Shown: in pieces, positions 7,721 through 17,535 of the stretch
Layout of the letters: every line of letters starts with the position of its first letter
Position numbering within the stretch: the stretch's first letter is position 1
Origin: Candidatus Krumholzibacteriota bacterium
Lineage (GTDB): Bacteria > Krumholzibacteriota > Krumholzibacteriia > JAJRXK01
Reading direction: 5' to 3'
Length of the DNA: 64,000 nucleotides
NCBI GenBank assembly: GCA_963727455.1
Contig: CAVSGG010000001.1
Span: forward strand, 32,001-96,000
Notes under the pieces: generated by a model
Database searches by the model: none
What the model saw: the letters and a program-made list of their open reading frames with translations, nothing else
Told to the model about the DNA's origin: nothing
Position numbers and translations under genes: made by a program

Positions 7721-10351
7721 TCACCGCATGAGCGTAACCCTTTGCGTACGAATCTGTTCGTCCGCCCGCAGACGAAGCAGGTAGACGCCGGAAGCGAGTC
7801 GCTTGCCGTTGAAGTCGCGACCATCCCACTGGACCACGTAGCGTCCGGGGTTCTGCGTTTCGTTACGCAGCGACCGGACCTTTCTTCCCCGTAGGTCGTA
7901 GACGTTCAGTTCCACCCTTGCCGTCTTGGGCAAGCTGTAGGAGAAGCTCGTCGAAGAGCCAAAGGGATTCGGATGGTTCGGTGACAGCATGACGATCGTG
8001 GGCATCGCCGGTTCTGCGGCGGTGGCCGTGATCTCCACCTCTGTCCGCACTTGTTCCATCAGCTCGGGCGGGTTCTTGCCCTGAGCCAGCCACGCGTCAT
8101 AGAGTTGTTGGCCCATGGTGTTGGTCGTGTTCTCGTCGCGCAGGAACTCGATATAGCCCGGTGAGGTGCTCTGGTAATAGAGACTCACGAAGACCGAGTC
8201 TGCCTCTGCCGGCAACACGTATTCCGTGTCGTCCCAGTACTGCCCATCGGGATAGCTGTAGCCGACCACGGGGGACTGGACGTTGGCGAAGGCGGCGTTG
8301 GTGAACCCTCGTGGTGGAATTCGGTTGTCGAAGTAGGTCGAGTCGTTGAGCACGAAGTGGAAGCTCGGCCCTGCCGGCAAACTCAGGGCAGATGCGATCG
8401 CGGGGCTGAAGCCGCCCTCGATCTCATAGATCTTCAACTGCGCGTCGTGTTCGATGTGTCCCGTCTCGGAATCATACGCGCCCGAGGTGAACACCGTGGT
8501 TCCCTGGGAATCGACCGCCTCGATCTGCAGCCACATGTGACGTCCCTCGGGATAGCCCGAAGGCAATTTGTGCCCGGTTTGATTGGTCACCCGCACCTTG
8601 ATCCCCGTGGTGGTCGGGGTGACTTCCATGGTCGCGGCTTTTTGCAGCATGGCGCGCGCGCGCAGCTTGCCCGCCTCCAGATGAGCCGGGTCGACCTCGC
8701 TCGCGAAGAAGTCGGGGATGATGTCGGGAACGAAGGTGTTGCCGCCAGTCAGATCATGCAGCGCAAGGTCCGGACGCGTCGAGCCCAGAATGGCGGCCGA
8801 GCCGGACACATCGTGCATGTGGCAGTCCTGGCAGGTGGAGACGATTCCATCCGCCTTGGTCCCGGCGAACTGCGGGGCGTAGATGCCACCATTCGCATAG
8901 TCACTCTGCGTCCACTCCCCGTAGGTGCGCTCCACCTGACCCATGCTGTAGGCGCGGCCGTCGGGATGGTTCTGATCCCACGCGGTGAGCACCAAATCGT
9001 GGCTGCCGTCGTCGTAGTACACCGGGTTGCTCACGTTGTGGCAGGTGCCGCAAAGGTCGCCGCTACGGTGGAAGGGGGAATACAGGAAATCGTGGGGCGC
9101 CGTGGAATCTTGGCGCGGACCACGTCGGACCGGCTGTTGGTCCATGATGAAGGAGCCGTTCGCGTAATCCATCAAGGGGGGATCGATTCCGGCCACCACT
9201 ACGGAGTCGGGCTGGGGAGAGATCCCCGAGACGTAATCGAAGTCCACGATGCTGTGACAGAAGTCACACTGCACGCCCTGGCGATCCTTAGCGTTGAGCA
9301 TGGCTCCACTGGTGTCGTCGCTGTGGCCTTCCTGCCAACCTCCGGGAGAGTGACAGCGAATGCAAATGTCCCCCGAGGAGGGCGCGTCCTGCTCAGCCAC
9401 CGCCAAGCAGGCGAGGAAGAGCGGGTCACGCGCGGCCTGGCCCATCATGCTGCCCTTCCAGTTGTACCAGGGTTCCACCGCGGTATCATAATTCCCGTGG
9501 CAGGTGGCACAGGTCGCGTCCGGGTCCTCCAGGATCTTTCCCTGGTGAGGCTGGGTTCCGTACATCTTGACGTCACGCAAGGTGGTGGGTACCCGGCCGG
9601 TCTGCGCCAGAACCGTGAAGTCGGTCGCGCTGGAGTCACTCCCCGCATTGCCGGCATTATCCACCGCCTCCACCTTGATGCGACTGAAGTCCCCGGGGAG
9701 GTTCACCACGAAGAGCTGGAAGCTCCCTGTGTCGGGCTGGTTGAGCGCGACCGGCTCGAAGCTCGCACCCGAATCGTCGCTGCGGTAGACGTTGATGTGG
9801 TCGATTCCACTCGCATCGCTCGCGGTGTAGCTGACCGTGATCTCGGTACCGGCCTGCAGAGCTTCGCCTCCGTCGGGATAGCTGAGATCGACCAGAGGAG
9901 GCGTCGTATCGGTAGCGCCGGTGGGAGTCAAATAGCCGACAATCTCTGACAGGGGAATGTTCACCGTGGTCATGTAGTTCGATGCACTCAGGCCGGGAAA
10001 GGTCGGGGTGTTGCTGTAGAGGGTACTTGTGATCTCGGTGAGGTTGGTCTTTCCATCATTGTCGGCGTCCACATTCTCGATGGCGAGGATGGCCTGTTCG
10101 CTGGTGAGGCCGTTGTTGCGGCCGGTTTCTACCAGGAAGCCGTAAGGATTCCGGGGGCCTCCCCCGTTGAAGTCGAAGTGGCACACCCCGCAGTGCTTTG
10201 AGTTGCTGGGCAATTGGTCAAGTTGCGTGCCCACCGCATTCGGGTAGACGCTGAAGAATGCCGCGCGAATCGGTGGCTTGGCATTCGCATTGATAAATGT
10301 TGATACGAGAAAGAGAAGGGCGATAAAGCCGAGTAGGAGCAACTTCCGCAT
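7721..10351 (-). CDS. Secreted hexaheme c-type cytochrome with an Ig-like linker and C-terminal FlgD-Ig/T9SS-like tail
   Basis: Signal peptide; six CxxCH motifs (CGVCH, CATCH, CIRCH, CDFCH, CGTCH, CQDCH); TGHKLPSGYPEGR; tail NHPNPFG..YDLRGRKVRSL..WDGRDFNGKRLASGVYLLRL. Confidence 0.88.
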   Translation of the reverse strand: MRKLLLLGFIALLFLVSTFINANAKPPIRAAFFSVYPNAVGTQLDQLPSNSKHCGVCHFDFNGGGPRNPYGFLVETGRNNGLTSEQAILAIENVDADNDGKTNLTEITSTLYSNTPTFPGLSASNYMTTVNIPLSEIVGYLTPTGATDTTPPLVDLSYPDGGEALQAGTEITVSYTASDASGIDHINVYRSDDSGASFEPVALNQPDTGSFQLFVVNLPGDFSRIKVEAVDNAGNAGSDSSATDFTVLAQTGRVPTTLRDVKMYGTQPHQGKILEDPDATCATCHGNYDTAVEPWYNWKGSMMGQAARDPLFLACLAVAEQDAPSSGDICIRCHSPGGWQEGHSDDTSGAMLNAKDRQGVQCDFCHSIVDFDYVSGISPQPDSVVVAGIDPPLMDYANGSFIMDQQPVRRGPRQDSTAPHDFLYSPFHRSGDLCGTCHNVSNPVYYDDGSHDLVLTAWDQNHPDGRAYSMGQVERTYGEWTQSDYANGGIYAPQFAGTKADGIVSTCQDCHMHDVSGSAAILGSTRPDLALHDLTGGNTFVPDIIPDFFASEVDPAHLEAGKLRARAMLQKAATMEVTPTTTGIKVRVTNQTGHKLPSGYPEGRHMWLQIEAVDSQGTTVFTSGAYDSETGHIEHDAQLKIYEIEGGFSPAIASALSLPAGPSFHFVLNDSTYFDNRIPPRGFTNAAFANVQSPVVGYSYPDGQYWDDTEYVLPAEADSVFVSLYYQSTSPGYIEFLRDENTTNTMGQQLYDAWLAQGKNPPELMEQVRTEVEITATAAEPAMPTIVMLSPNHPNPFGSSTSFSYSLPKTARVELNVYDLRGRKVRSLRNETQNPGRYVVQWDGRDFNGKRLASGVYLLRLRADEQIRTQRVTLMR

Positions 10352-10546
10352 GGTCCGCCTCCAGGGGAGTGAGGCGAGCTGCCCTGAGAGCCCATCAGGG
10401 CCGCTCGGTGGGATCGAGAGGGGACCGGCGCCACCCCAGGGGGGAAAGCACGGGGCGGCGCCAAGAGCCCATCAGATCTGATGCTCCGATATTAGGCCGG
10501 TGAGCGAACAAACACAAGTTCGGACTTGGCCTGGCCCGAGGAGAAT

Positions 10547-10891
10547 TTACTGCAGGGACTTGCGGATCTTGCGCTTCAGGCGGCGGATTTTGGTGCGCGC
10601 GAACTTGAGTTGTTCGTGGTCTCCGGCCTCCAGGGCGGCTTGCCGCTTGCGTTTCCATTCCCCGATCTGGGTGCGCACCGCGCCGCGGTCGATTCCCACG
10701 ACTTTGTGGTGCTCATGCATTTCGATGTCCAGTGCGGTGCAGATGCCCTCGAGAATCTGGGCCTTGCGCAGCTGGGTGTAGCCTTGGACCGCCGGATGAT
10801 CGATGCCGGCCGCGATTTCACGCAGTTGCGCGACCGTCATTCCCTTGAGTTGGTGGTAGGTGTATTCCGTTGCTTCAGACACGCTCGCCAT
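10547..10891 (-). CDS. Small basic protein with a Rho N-terminal-like helical domain
   Basis: LKGMTVAQLREIA..GYTQLRKAQI resembles Rho_N; basic coiled-coil C-terminus; SD GAGG. Confidence 0.65.
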   Translation of the reverse strand: MASVSEATEYTYHQLKGMTVAQLREIAAGIDHPAVQGYTQLRKAQILEGICTALDIEMHEHHKVVGIDRGAVRTQIGEWKRKRQAALEAGDHEQLKFARTKIRRLKRKIRKSLQ

Positions 10892-11005
10892 CCTCGCTGA
10901 GGGGTGTCGACTGAGGGGCGGCGAGGAGCTCGATCCGCACCGCGATGTGCAGCATAAATCACCGGAGCGGCGCCGGCAAGGGCCTGAGCCCGCGCCGGTG
11001 TCCGC

Positions 11006-12844
11006 TCAGAGCCGCGTTTCGTTGCGCCCGTCCGGGCCCTCCAACAACCCCTCGGCGGCGAGAATTCGCAGTGCGTTCCCTTTTCCCGCCACGCCCGGCC
11101 GCATCCTGTAGTCGAAGACCATTTTGCCCTCGCGGATCTGGTCCTCGAAGTGAACGTTGCGTGCCACTGGCCCCAATTCCGTCGCGACCTCCGCCAGGGC
11201 GAGGTCATGCGTGGTCACCAGAACGAAGGCGCCACGCTGCACGAAGCGGCGCAGCACTGCGGCCGCGCCGTATCGGCGGTCGTGACTGTTGGTACCGTGG
11301 AAAATTTCGTCCAAGAGGAGGAGGGCGGCGCTGGACTCGCGCGCGCCGGGCTGAGGAGAACACAGCTCCTGGAGTTCTCGCAGTCGCTTTACCTCCGCGT
11401 AGAAGTGCGAAATCCCCTGCGGGAGCGAGTCCACGATGCGCAGGCTCGCCCCCAAGCGTAGGGCACCGAGGCGCAGCCGTTGCGCGTGCACCGGCGCACC
11501 CGCTAGCGCAAGAACCACGTTCAGCCCCACCGTTCGCAGCAGAGTGCTCTTGCCCGACATGTTCGATCCACTGATCACGTAGAGCCGCAGTTCTGGGTCG
11601 AGGCGGATGTCATTCCGCACGCATTCCCGGCGCGGCAAAAGCGGATGGCCCGCATTCGTGGCCTCCAAGCAGGGCCTCTCGACCAGCTCGGGCCACGGGT
11701 CCTCGGCGTGCTCGAAGGCGTAGGCCGAGAGTGCCAGAAGGGCCTCGTACTCGCCGGCGACCTTCAGCCAGGAATCCACACTCTTGGCGTTGTGCGCCAT
11801 CCAGGCCTGGACGGCCAGCCCAAAATGGCTGCGCCACAGCAGAAGAGAGGCAAGCGGCGCGAAAAGAAGGTTGCGCGCCGAATCCAACCATTCGAGGCGC
11901 CGCCGGAGCTGCAGGATGCGGCTCGAGGGGGCTGGCATTCCCGCGGCAAAGAGCGTGGCGCGGAGAGCCGTCAGCCGCACCGACTCGAAGTGCGAGCGCT
12001 CGACCGCCTCAAGTACGCGAGAGAGAGAATCCAGTTGGCCCACCACACCCTCCAGCGCCTCCCACAACGGCTGAAGCCGCGTTTGCAAACGCTGCTCCGC
12101 GTACCAACCCGCAGCCAGAAAAAAGAGGAAGAGGAGAGGCGGTCCCCGAAAGCCCAACCACGCCACAAGGGAGATCACGGTGCATGCACTCAGAACCAGC
12201 ATCCCTGCGCGCTCGAGCCAGCTCGGAGCCTGTACCCGGTGTGCGGCCCAGCCCCGCAGGCGTGAGGGATCCACCCCTGGCCCGACGCCTTCGCAGAGCC
12301 GATCCATCGCTTCCCGGTGTTCGAACTGCGCGCGCAATTCGTCCACTGCGGTCCAACGCGGTGCCAGTTCTTCCAAGGGCGCGGGATGCAACAACCAGGC
12401 AGCCAGGGTATCCTGCCCGGCTTGAGTTTTCGCGCTGCACAAGAGCTGGAACAGCGACCCCTCTCCGAAAAGGTCGAGATGGTCGGCGTAGGGATGGTCG
12501 CTGCGCAGGTAGCGCTCTCCGCTCGGACCCTGCCCCTGCCAGCGGTCCTCGAGGCGGTCCATCCCCCGCTCATAGTGCTCGAGGGCATGGCGCCGTGCTT
12601 CCAGAAGGCGATCTACCCTTTGGTGAATTCCCACCAAGACACAGAAAAAACCGACGGGCAACCCCAACCATAGCGCGGAGTTATCCGAACTGACCAAAAT
12701 CGCCACGAGAAGGAGCGTGAGGAGAAAGAGCCCCAAGCGCAAGTGTGCAAGGGTACGAGAGCGCTTGGACAGCCGCGCCACTTCCTGCTGGCAGCGTCCG
12801 ATTCGGCGGCGATACTCCCCTGAGGCTTCCATGGGACGCAGCAT
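11006..12844 (-). CDS. Membrane-anchored MutS-domain-V family ATPase
   Basis: ISGSNMSGKSTLLR Walker A, SHFYAEVKRL, LLLDEIFHGTNS, VTTHDL; N-terminal TM helices; start uncertain (12886, 12844 or 12832). Confidence 0.85.
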   Translation of the reverse strand: MLRPMEASGEYRRRIGRCQQEVARLSKRSRTLAHLRLGLFLLTLLLVAILVSSDNSALWLGLPVGFFCVLVGIHQRVDRLLEARRHALEHYERGMDRLEDRWQGQGPSGERYLRSDHPYADHLDLFGEGSLFQLLCSAKTQAGQDTLAAWLLHPAPLEELAPRWTAVDELRAQFEHREAMDRLCEGVGPGVDPSRLRGWAAHRVQAPSWLERAGMLVLSACTVISLVAWLGFRGPPLLFLFFLAAGWYAEQRLQTRLQPLWEALEGVVGQLDSLSRVLEAVERSHFESVRLTALRATLFAAGMPAPSSRILQLRRRLEWLDSARNLLFAPLASLLLWRSHFGLAVQAWMAHNAKSVDSWLKVAGEYEALLALSAYAFEHAEDPWPELVERPCLEATNAGHPLLPRRECVRNDIRLDPELRLYVISGSNMSGKSTLLRTVGLNVVLALAGAPVHAQRLRLGALRLGASLRIVDSLPQGISHFYAEVKRLRELQELCSPQPGARESSAALLLLDEIFHGTNSHDRRYGAAAVLRRFVQRGAFVLVTTHDLALAEVATELGPVARNVHFEDQIREGKMVFDYRMRPGVAGKGNALRILAAEGLLEGPDGRNETRL

Positions 12845-12961
12845 ATCCTGCCCAGCCGCCGGGGCCAAGCGCAGGGGAGAACGCAAGCTGCTTCTCTCTT
12901 CTGCTTGGCAGCGCGAGATTGCCCCCCTACAATCGAGGCGGCGCTCTGGTCACCCGGATGA

Positions 12962-13324
<363 letters not shown>

Positions 13325-13342
13325 AACCAGGAGACCCGTTCC

Positions 13343-14068
13343 ATGGCATTTCAAGGCTTCCGTGCGGAATCCTTTCAATTTTTTCGCGAGTTGACGCTCA
13401 ACAACCACCGTCTTTGGTTCGAGTCCCAGCGCGAGGTCTATGAGGAGTTCGTGTTGACTCCCTTCGCGGAGTTGGAACAGGAACTCGCCCCGTCCATGCT
13501 GGAACTCAACCAGAATTTCACGCCGGGCGAGACCGCAGAGGAGCACCTCAGTCGGCTCGAACTCACGGGAGAACTGCCCCCCGAAGGGCCCCATTACAAG
13601 ACGAGCCTCTACCAGTTCTGGTGGAACACGGAGATTCCCCGCCTCTGCGACGGTCACCTTCACATCGGCATCGGAGCCGATGCTGTGACCTTGGGCTTCT
13701 CCATCTATGACTGGTCGTACGATAAGGGGCGGATGCGCGAGGTCTTCAAGCCGCGCCTGCGCGGTCATCTCTCCCTTTTGGACGATTACATCAAGGCGAA
13801 CTACCTGCGGCGCGGATTCGAATTCCGCCGTTTCGTGCGCGGCGCGGGGCGCCTGGGCTTGCGCGAGGGCGAGGCCTTCCCCAACCGGGGGGCCCAGTGG
13901 CAGGACACGCTGGGGTGGGTAGTGAGCCGGCAGATTCACGAGAATTCGTCTCGCCTGACCCCGGGTTCCTTCGTCACCGAATGCAAGAGCACTTTCGAGA
14001 GACTCTATCCTCTTTATGTGTTCTCCAGTGACATGAGATCGGATTGGCGGGACCTTCTGAAAGTCTGA
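13343..14068 (+). CDS. DUF2461-like protein
   Basis: N-terminus FQGFRAESFQFFRELTLNNHRLWFESQREVYEEFV is typical of DUF2461; SD AGGAG. Confidence 0.65.
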   Translation: MAFQGFRAESFQFFRELTLNNHRLWFESQREVYEEFVLTPFAELEQELAPSMLELNQNFTPGETAEEHLSRLELTGELPPEGPHYKTSLYQFWWNTEIPRLCDGHLHIGIGADAVTLGFSIYDWSYDKGRMREVFKPRLRGHLSLLDDYIKANYLRRGFEFRRFVRGAGRLGLREGEAFPNRGAQWQDTLGWVVSRQIHENSSRLTPGSFVTECKSTFERLYPLYVFSSDMRSDWRDLLKV

Positions 14069-14111
14069 TGGGTCAGGCCCGCCCGCTCGACGCAACGACC
14101 GCGCGGCTCCT

Positions 14112-15071
14112 TCAGCGGCGGTCGCGATCCAGTCCCCGGCTCAAGAGCGCCAGCACCAGACCCCAGGCGCTTCCCAACGCCAGACTCTGCGATACGATGC
14201 GCCACAGAAGCGCGCCTCCCGTGAGACCGGAAACCGCCCCCGCGCTCGAGTGCGCGCGCTGGCTGAGTAGCGTCGTGCCCACTCCCATCCCCAAGCGCGC
14301 GAGCACAAAGAAGATCAGCGTGAGAAGAATCGCGGAGGAGAGCGCGACGCTCGCCCCGTAGATCACGGGCAATAGGAAGCGCTCGATGCGCGTGCCCGAA
14401 CGCCGGGGGAGAAGTGGATGGAGAAGCAGTCCCATCATACCCGCGACGATGCTCCCCAGAATCAACGCGAAGCCGAGGGCATCCCGCCCCATGTCCTGCA
14501 ACCAGAACTTGGCGGAGGTGGGCGAGAGCAGCGCCGTCAGTCCCGCCGCGCTGAGGACGAGGAGCATCGCCACCAGGGGTGGCAAAATGCGCTCGGAACT
14601 CTCGTCGCGGAAACGGAAGTCCACCAGGATGCGCCCGTCGATGAAGCGCCTTCCCCTTTCGGTGAACCCGCAGGCCCGGTAGCATTTCAGGGCGGCCGGG
14701 TTGTCCTCGAAGGCGCTGATCCGCACCTCGCGCGCGTGCAGGCCTTCCATGGCGTGCTTGAGCAGGGCCCCCACCAGATTGCGCCCGTTTCCCATTCCCC
14801 GGCGCCGTGGATGGACCATGACGTGCCCGATCCAGTAGGAATCGCGCTCTTCGAGGTTTTCATTCAGCTCGCCATAGGCCACGATTCGCCCGTTGGACTC
14901 GAGCACGAATCCGCTGCCGCGTTCGCGCATCCACTGGGTCACCATTTCCTCGTCCAGGGGGGCCATTTCCCGGGGCGCGGCCTGCCGCATGTCCTCGGCG
15001 GAGGGGGAGAGTTCGGCGATGACGGGCACATCGTCGAAAGTGGCGGGGCGGACGTGGACTTCATTCATCAC
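14112..15071 (-). CDS. GNAT acetyltransferase with a C-terminal multi-TM domain
   Basis: VHPRRRGMGNG acetyl-CoA motif and NPAALKCYRACGF; about 4 hydrophobic helices after aa 165. Confidence 0.75.
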   Translation of the reverse strand: MMNEVHVRPATFDDVPVIAELSPSAEDMRQAAPREMAPLDEEMVTQWMRERGSGFVLESNGRIVAYGELNENLEERDSYWIGHVMVHPRRRGMGNGRNLVGALLKHAMEGLHAREVRISAFEDNPAALKCYRACGFTERGRRFIDGRILVDFRFRDESSERILPPLVAMLLVLSAAGLTALLSPTSAKFWLQDMGRDALGFALILGSIVAGMMGLLLHPLLPRRSGTRIERFLLPVIYGASVALSSAILLTLIFFVLARLGMGVGTTLLSQRAHSSAGAVSGLTGGALLWRIVSQSLALGSAWGLVLALLSRGLDRDRR

Positions 15072-15099
15072 GTCAATTCTACGCGAGAGAGGCAGAACG

Positions 15100-15933
15100 G
15101 TGCAGCAAAAGGATCATTTTCAGAGCGGCGATTACAGAAGCCTGATCGACTGGGCACCCCGCCTGCGGCGGGAGGCTCCCTTTCTCTCCGAGGTCTTTGG
15201 CCACCCCGGGGAAGGCACCATCGTCGATCTGGGCTGTGGCACCGGGGAGCACGCCCGCTGGCTGGCCTCGGTGGGATGGCACGCGCTCGGGGTCGACTCC
15301 TCGGAGAAGCAAATCGAAAGCGCGCGCAGCTACGAGGGTGAGTTCGGCGCGCGCGGGCCCTATTTCCGGCAGGCTGACATGCTCGAGCTAGACGAGGTCT
15401 GTGCGTGGGCCAAAGCAAATTCCGCCTTCCCGCGGGAAGCTCTACCCGATGGCCGGGAATTCGCGGGTGCCCTCTGCGTGGGAAACGTCCTGCCCTATTT
15501 CGAAGAGGAGGAATTGGAACCGCGCCTCGCTGCGCTCGCCCGTCACCTGGCCCCCGGCGCCCCCCTGCTGGTGCAGCTATTGAACTATCAGCGTATCCGA
15601 GCCAAGGACGTGCGCGCGCTCCCGCTGAACGTCCGCCCGGACCCGGAGAATACCCAGGGGGAGATCGTGTGGTTGCGACTGCTGTCCGTCGACGACGAGA
15701 AGCACCTGTGGTTTCATCCCGCGACCCTGGAGTTTCGCCCCGCCGATGAGGAGCCCCTCCAGCTCCGCTCGGCGCGGCGCATCCGCGTGAGAAGTTGGAC
15801 GGCAGAGGAACTCGAGTCTCTGGTAGCGCGCGCAGGGTTTCGCGACTTCAGGCGTTATGGTGGAATGAACCGCGGAAAGTTCGTCCCGGAGGAGAGCCAC
15901 GATCTCGTCTTTACCGCCCTCGGTCCTGGATGA
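15100..15933 (+). CDS. Class I SAM-dependent methyltransferase
   Basis: IVDLGCGTGEHA, GVDSSEKQI, LAPGAPLL; GTG start at 15100 preferred because it avoids overlap with the divergent GNAT gene. Confidence 0.85.
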   Translation: MQQKDHFQSGDYRSLIDWAPRLRREAPFLSEVFGHPGEGTIVDLGCGTGEHARWLASVGWHALGVDSSEKQIESARSYEGEFGARGPYFRQADMLELDEVCAWAKANSAFPREALPDGREFAGALCVGNVLPYFEEEELEPRLAALARHLAPGAPLLVQLLNYQRIRAKDVRALPLNVRPDPENTQGEIVWLRLLSVDDEKHLWFHPATLEFRPADEEPLQLRSARRIRVRSWTAEELESLVARAGFRDFRRYGGMNRGKFVPEESHDLVFTALGPG

Positions 15934-15940
15934 GAAAAGC

Positions 15941-16525
15941 ATGACGGGAAACGAGCACTCCTTGCACGAGGACGAACTCGTGGCGCGGGTGGCCTCAGGC
16001 GATGAAACGGCCCTGCGCCTCCTCGTCGAGCGCTGGCAAGGTCCGGTGTTCACGTTCTTCTTGCGCTGTCTGGGAAACGAAGAGGACGCGCGAGACCTCG
16101 CGCAGGAGTGCTTTCTCAAAGTTTACCGTCACGCCGGGAGCTATCAAGCCCAGGGTCGCTTCCGCTCCTGGTTGTTTCGCATCGCGGGGAACCTCTGCCG
16201 TTCCCGGCTCCGTCGACGCCGTGTCCTGCGTTGGCTCCCACTCAACGAGGAACTCTCTTCGGTGGGACCCGCCGCGCCGCGCTCTTTCGAGGCTGATGCG
16301 CAACAACGAAGTCACGAGATCGGCCGGGCCATTCAGGAATGCGTGGCCGAGCTTCCCGAGCGGCAGCGCCTGGCCTTCAGCTTGCGCCATGAGGGCAATC
16401 TCTCCTACCGCGAGATCGGCAAAATGCTGCACGCCAGCGAGTCCGCCGTCGAATCGCTCCTGGTAAGGGCGACCCGGCACTTACAGGAAAGCCTGCGCGC
16501 GAAGGGCTTCGGAGACGATTTTTGA
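15941..16525 (+). CDS. ECF RNA polymerase sigma factor
   Basis: DARDLAQECFLKVY, FRSWLFRIAGN and LPERQRLAF..LSYREIG motifs. Confidence 0.92.
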   Translation: MTGNEHSLHEDELVARVASGDETALRLLVERWQGPVFTFFLRCLGNEEDARDLAQECFLKVYRHAGSYQAQGRFRSWLFRIAGNLCRSRLRRRRVLRWLPLNEELSSVGPAAPRSFEADAQQRSHEIGRAIQECVAELPERQRLAFSLRHEGNLSYREIGKMLHASESAVESLLVRATRHLQESLRAKGFGDDF

Positions 16526-16579
16526 ACTCCCGCGCAGGATTCGCTGCGCACGCGCGTTGGGTAGAGGTGAAAGGTGAGA

Positions 16580-17017
16580 ATGATGAAGTCGCACGAACAC
16601 TCCCCACGCCTCTTGGCCTATCTCGACCGGCAGCTTTCGGATCGAGAGAGCGAAGCGGTGGAGAATCATTTGGCCGCGTGCGCGGATTGTCGCCGCGAGT
16701 TTCAGTCTCTTCGCACGCTGCAGGAGCGGCTCGACGAGTCGCGTGACTCGTTCGAGTTGAACCTGTGGCCTGAAATCGCGTCGCGCCTCCCCGCACGGAG
16801 TCGCTCGCGAGGACTCTATCGTCTGGGCTACGCGCTCTTGGTGTTGGTGGGGTTGGGGTTGGGCGCATTCGCGGGCTGGACGAGCGTCAGCGGAACGGCT
16901 CCCCCGAACTCTCTCGACTACTTGGCGGAGAGTTCGCTCTTGGATTCACCGCAGGCTTCGTTCAGCGAATCCTATTTGGCCGCGCTAAGTGATGGGGAGA
17001 CGGAGGTGAGTCAGTGA
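16580..17017 (+). CDS. Zinc-finger (zf-HC2) anti-sigma factor
   Basis: YLDRQLS..VENHLAACADC (HxxxCxxC) and a single TM helix. Confidence 0.85.
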   Translation: MMKSHEHSPRLLAYLDRQLSDRESEAVENHLAACADCRREFQSLRTLQERLDESRDSFELNLWPEIASRLPARSRSRGLYRLGYALLVLVGLGLGAFAGWTSVSGTAPPNSLDYLAESSLLDSPQASFSESYLAALSDGETEVSQ

Positions 17018-17535
17018 AGCGTTTCACGCAGCTGGCCCTCGTCCTCTCGCTCGCCATCAACGTCGGATTTGGGCTGGCTTGGCTCAGTCACCGTCGCACA
17101 CCGGTAGATACGGCCCCCCTTCCGCGCCACGAGTTTCATCGCAGAGCGATGGATGGTGATCGCTTCGCGTCACGATCTCACGGAGCGTGGGCTTCGCGGC
17201 GGGCGAGATGGCTCGATCGTCATCTGCATCTGGATCCCAAGCGAAGAGAGGACCTGCGCGGATCTCTCCTGCCTTTGGAACCGGAGATGATGGACACACG
17301 ACACCGTCTCGAGGAAGCGCGCAATGAGTTTGCCCAGCAGTTGCGAGAGCCGGTTCCCGATCGTGACTCGGTACTCGTAACGCATGAGAAGATCAGTCAG
17401 CTCCAAACGCGGCTGGACAGTCTGGTGACAGAGGCGCTGCTCAAAGAAGCGCAGTTTCTGCGGCCAGAGGAACGCCGCAAGCCCGGAGCTTGGTTTCCCC
17501 GCCGACGGGGTACGAACGAAGGAGGAAGACGATGA
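17014..17535 (+). CDS. Periplasmic Spy/CpxP-like (heavy-metal sensor) protein
   Basis: LVLSLAINVG anchor, helical body, FLRPEER. Confidence 0.7.
   Translation: MKRFTQLALVLSLAINVGFGLAWLSHRRTPVDTAPLPRHEFHRRAMDGDRFASRSHGAWASRRARWLDRHLHLDPKRREDLRGSLLPLEPEMMDTRHRLEEARNEFAQQLREPVPDRDSVLVTHEKISQLQTRLDSLVTEALLKEAQFLRPEERRKPGAWFPRRRGTNEGGRR

Noticed and set aside
10447-10483. Possible sigma54 promoter and CATCAGATCTGATG palindrome upstream of the cytochrome gene
   Set aside because: GG-GC spacing is 11 rather than the required 10, and the palindrome occurs once with no regulator to assign.
11006-12886. MutS-like ATPase, and the HD protein at 37478-38716, as anti-phage defence genes
   Set aside because: Both belong to widespread housekeeping-context families, with no defence-island or mobile context here.
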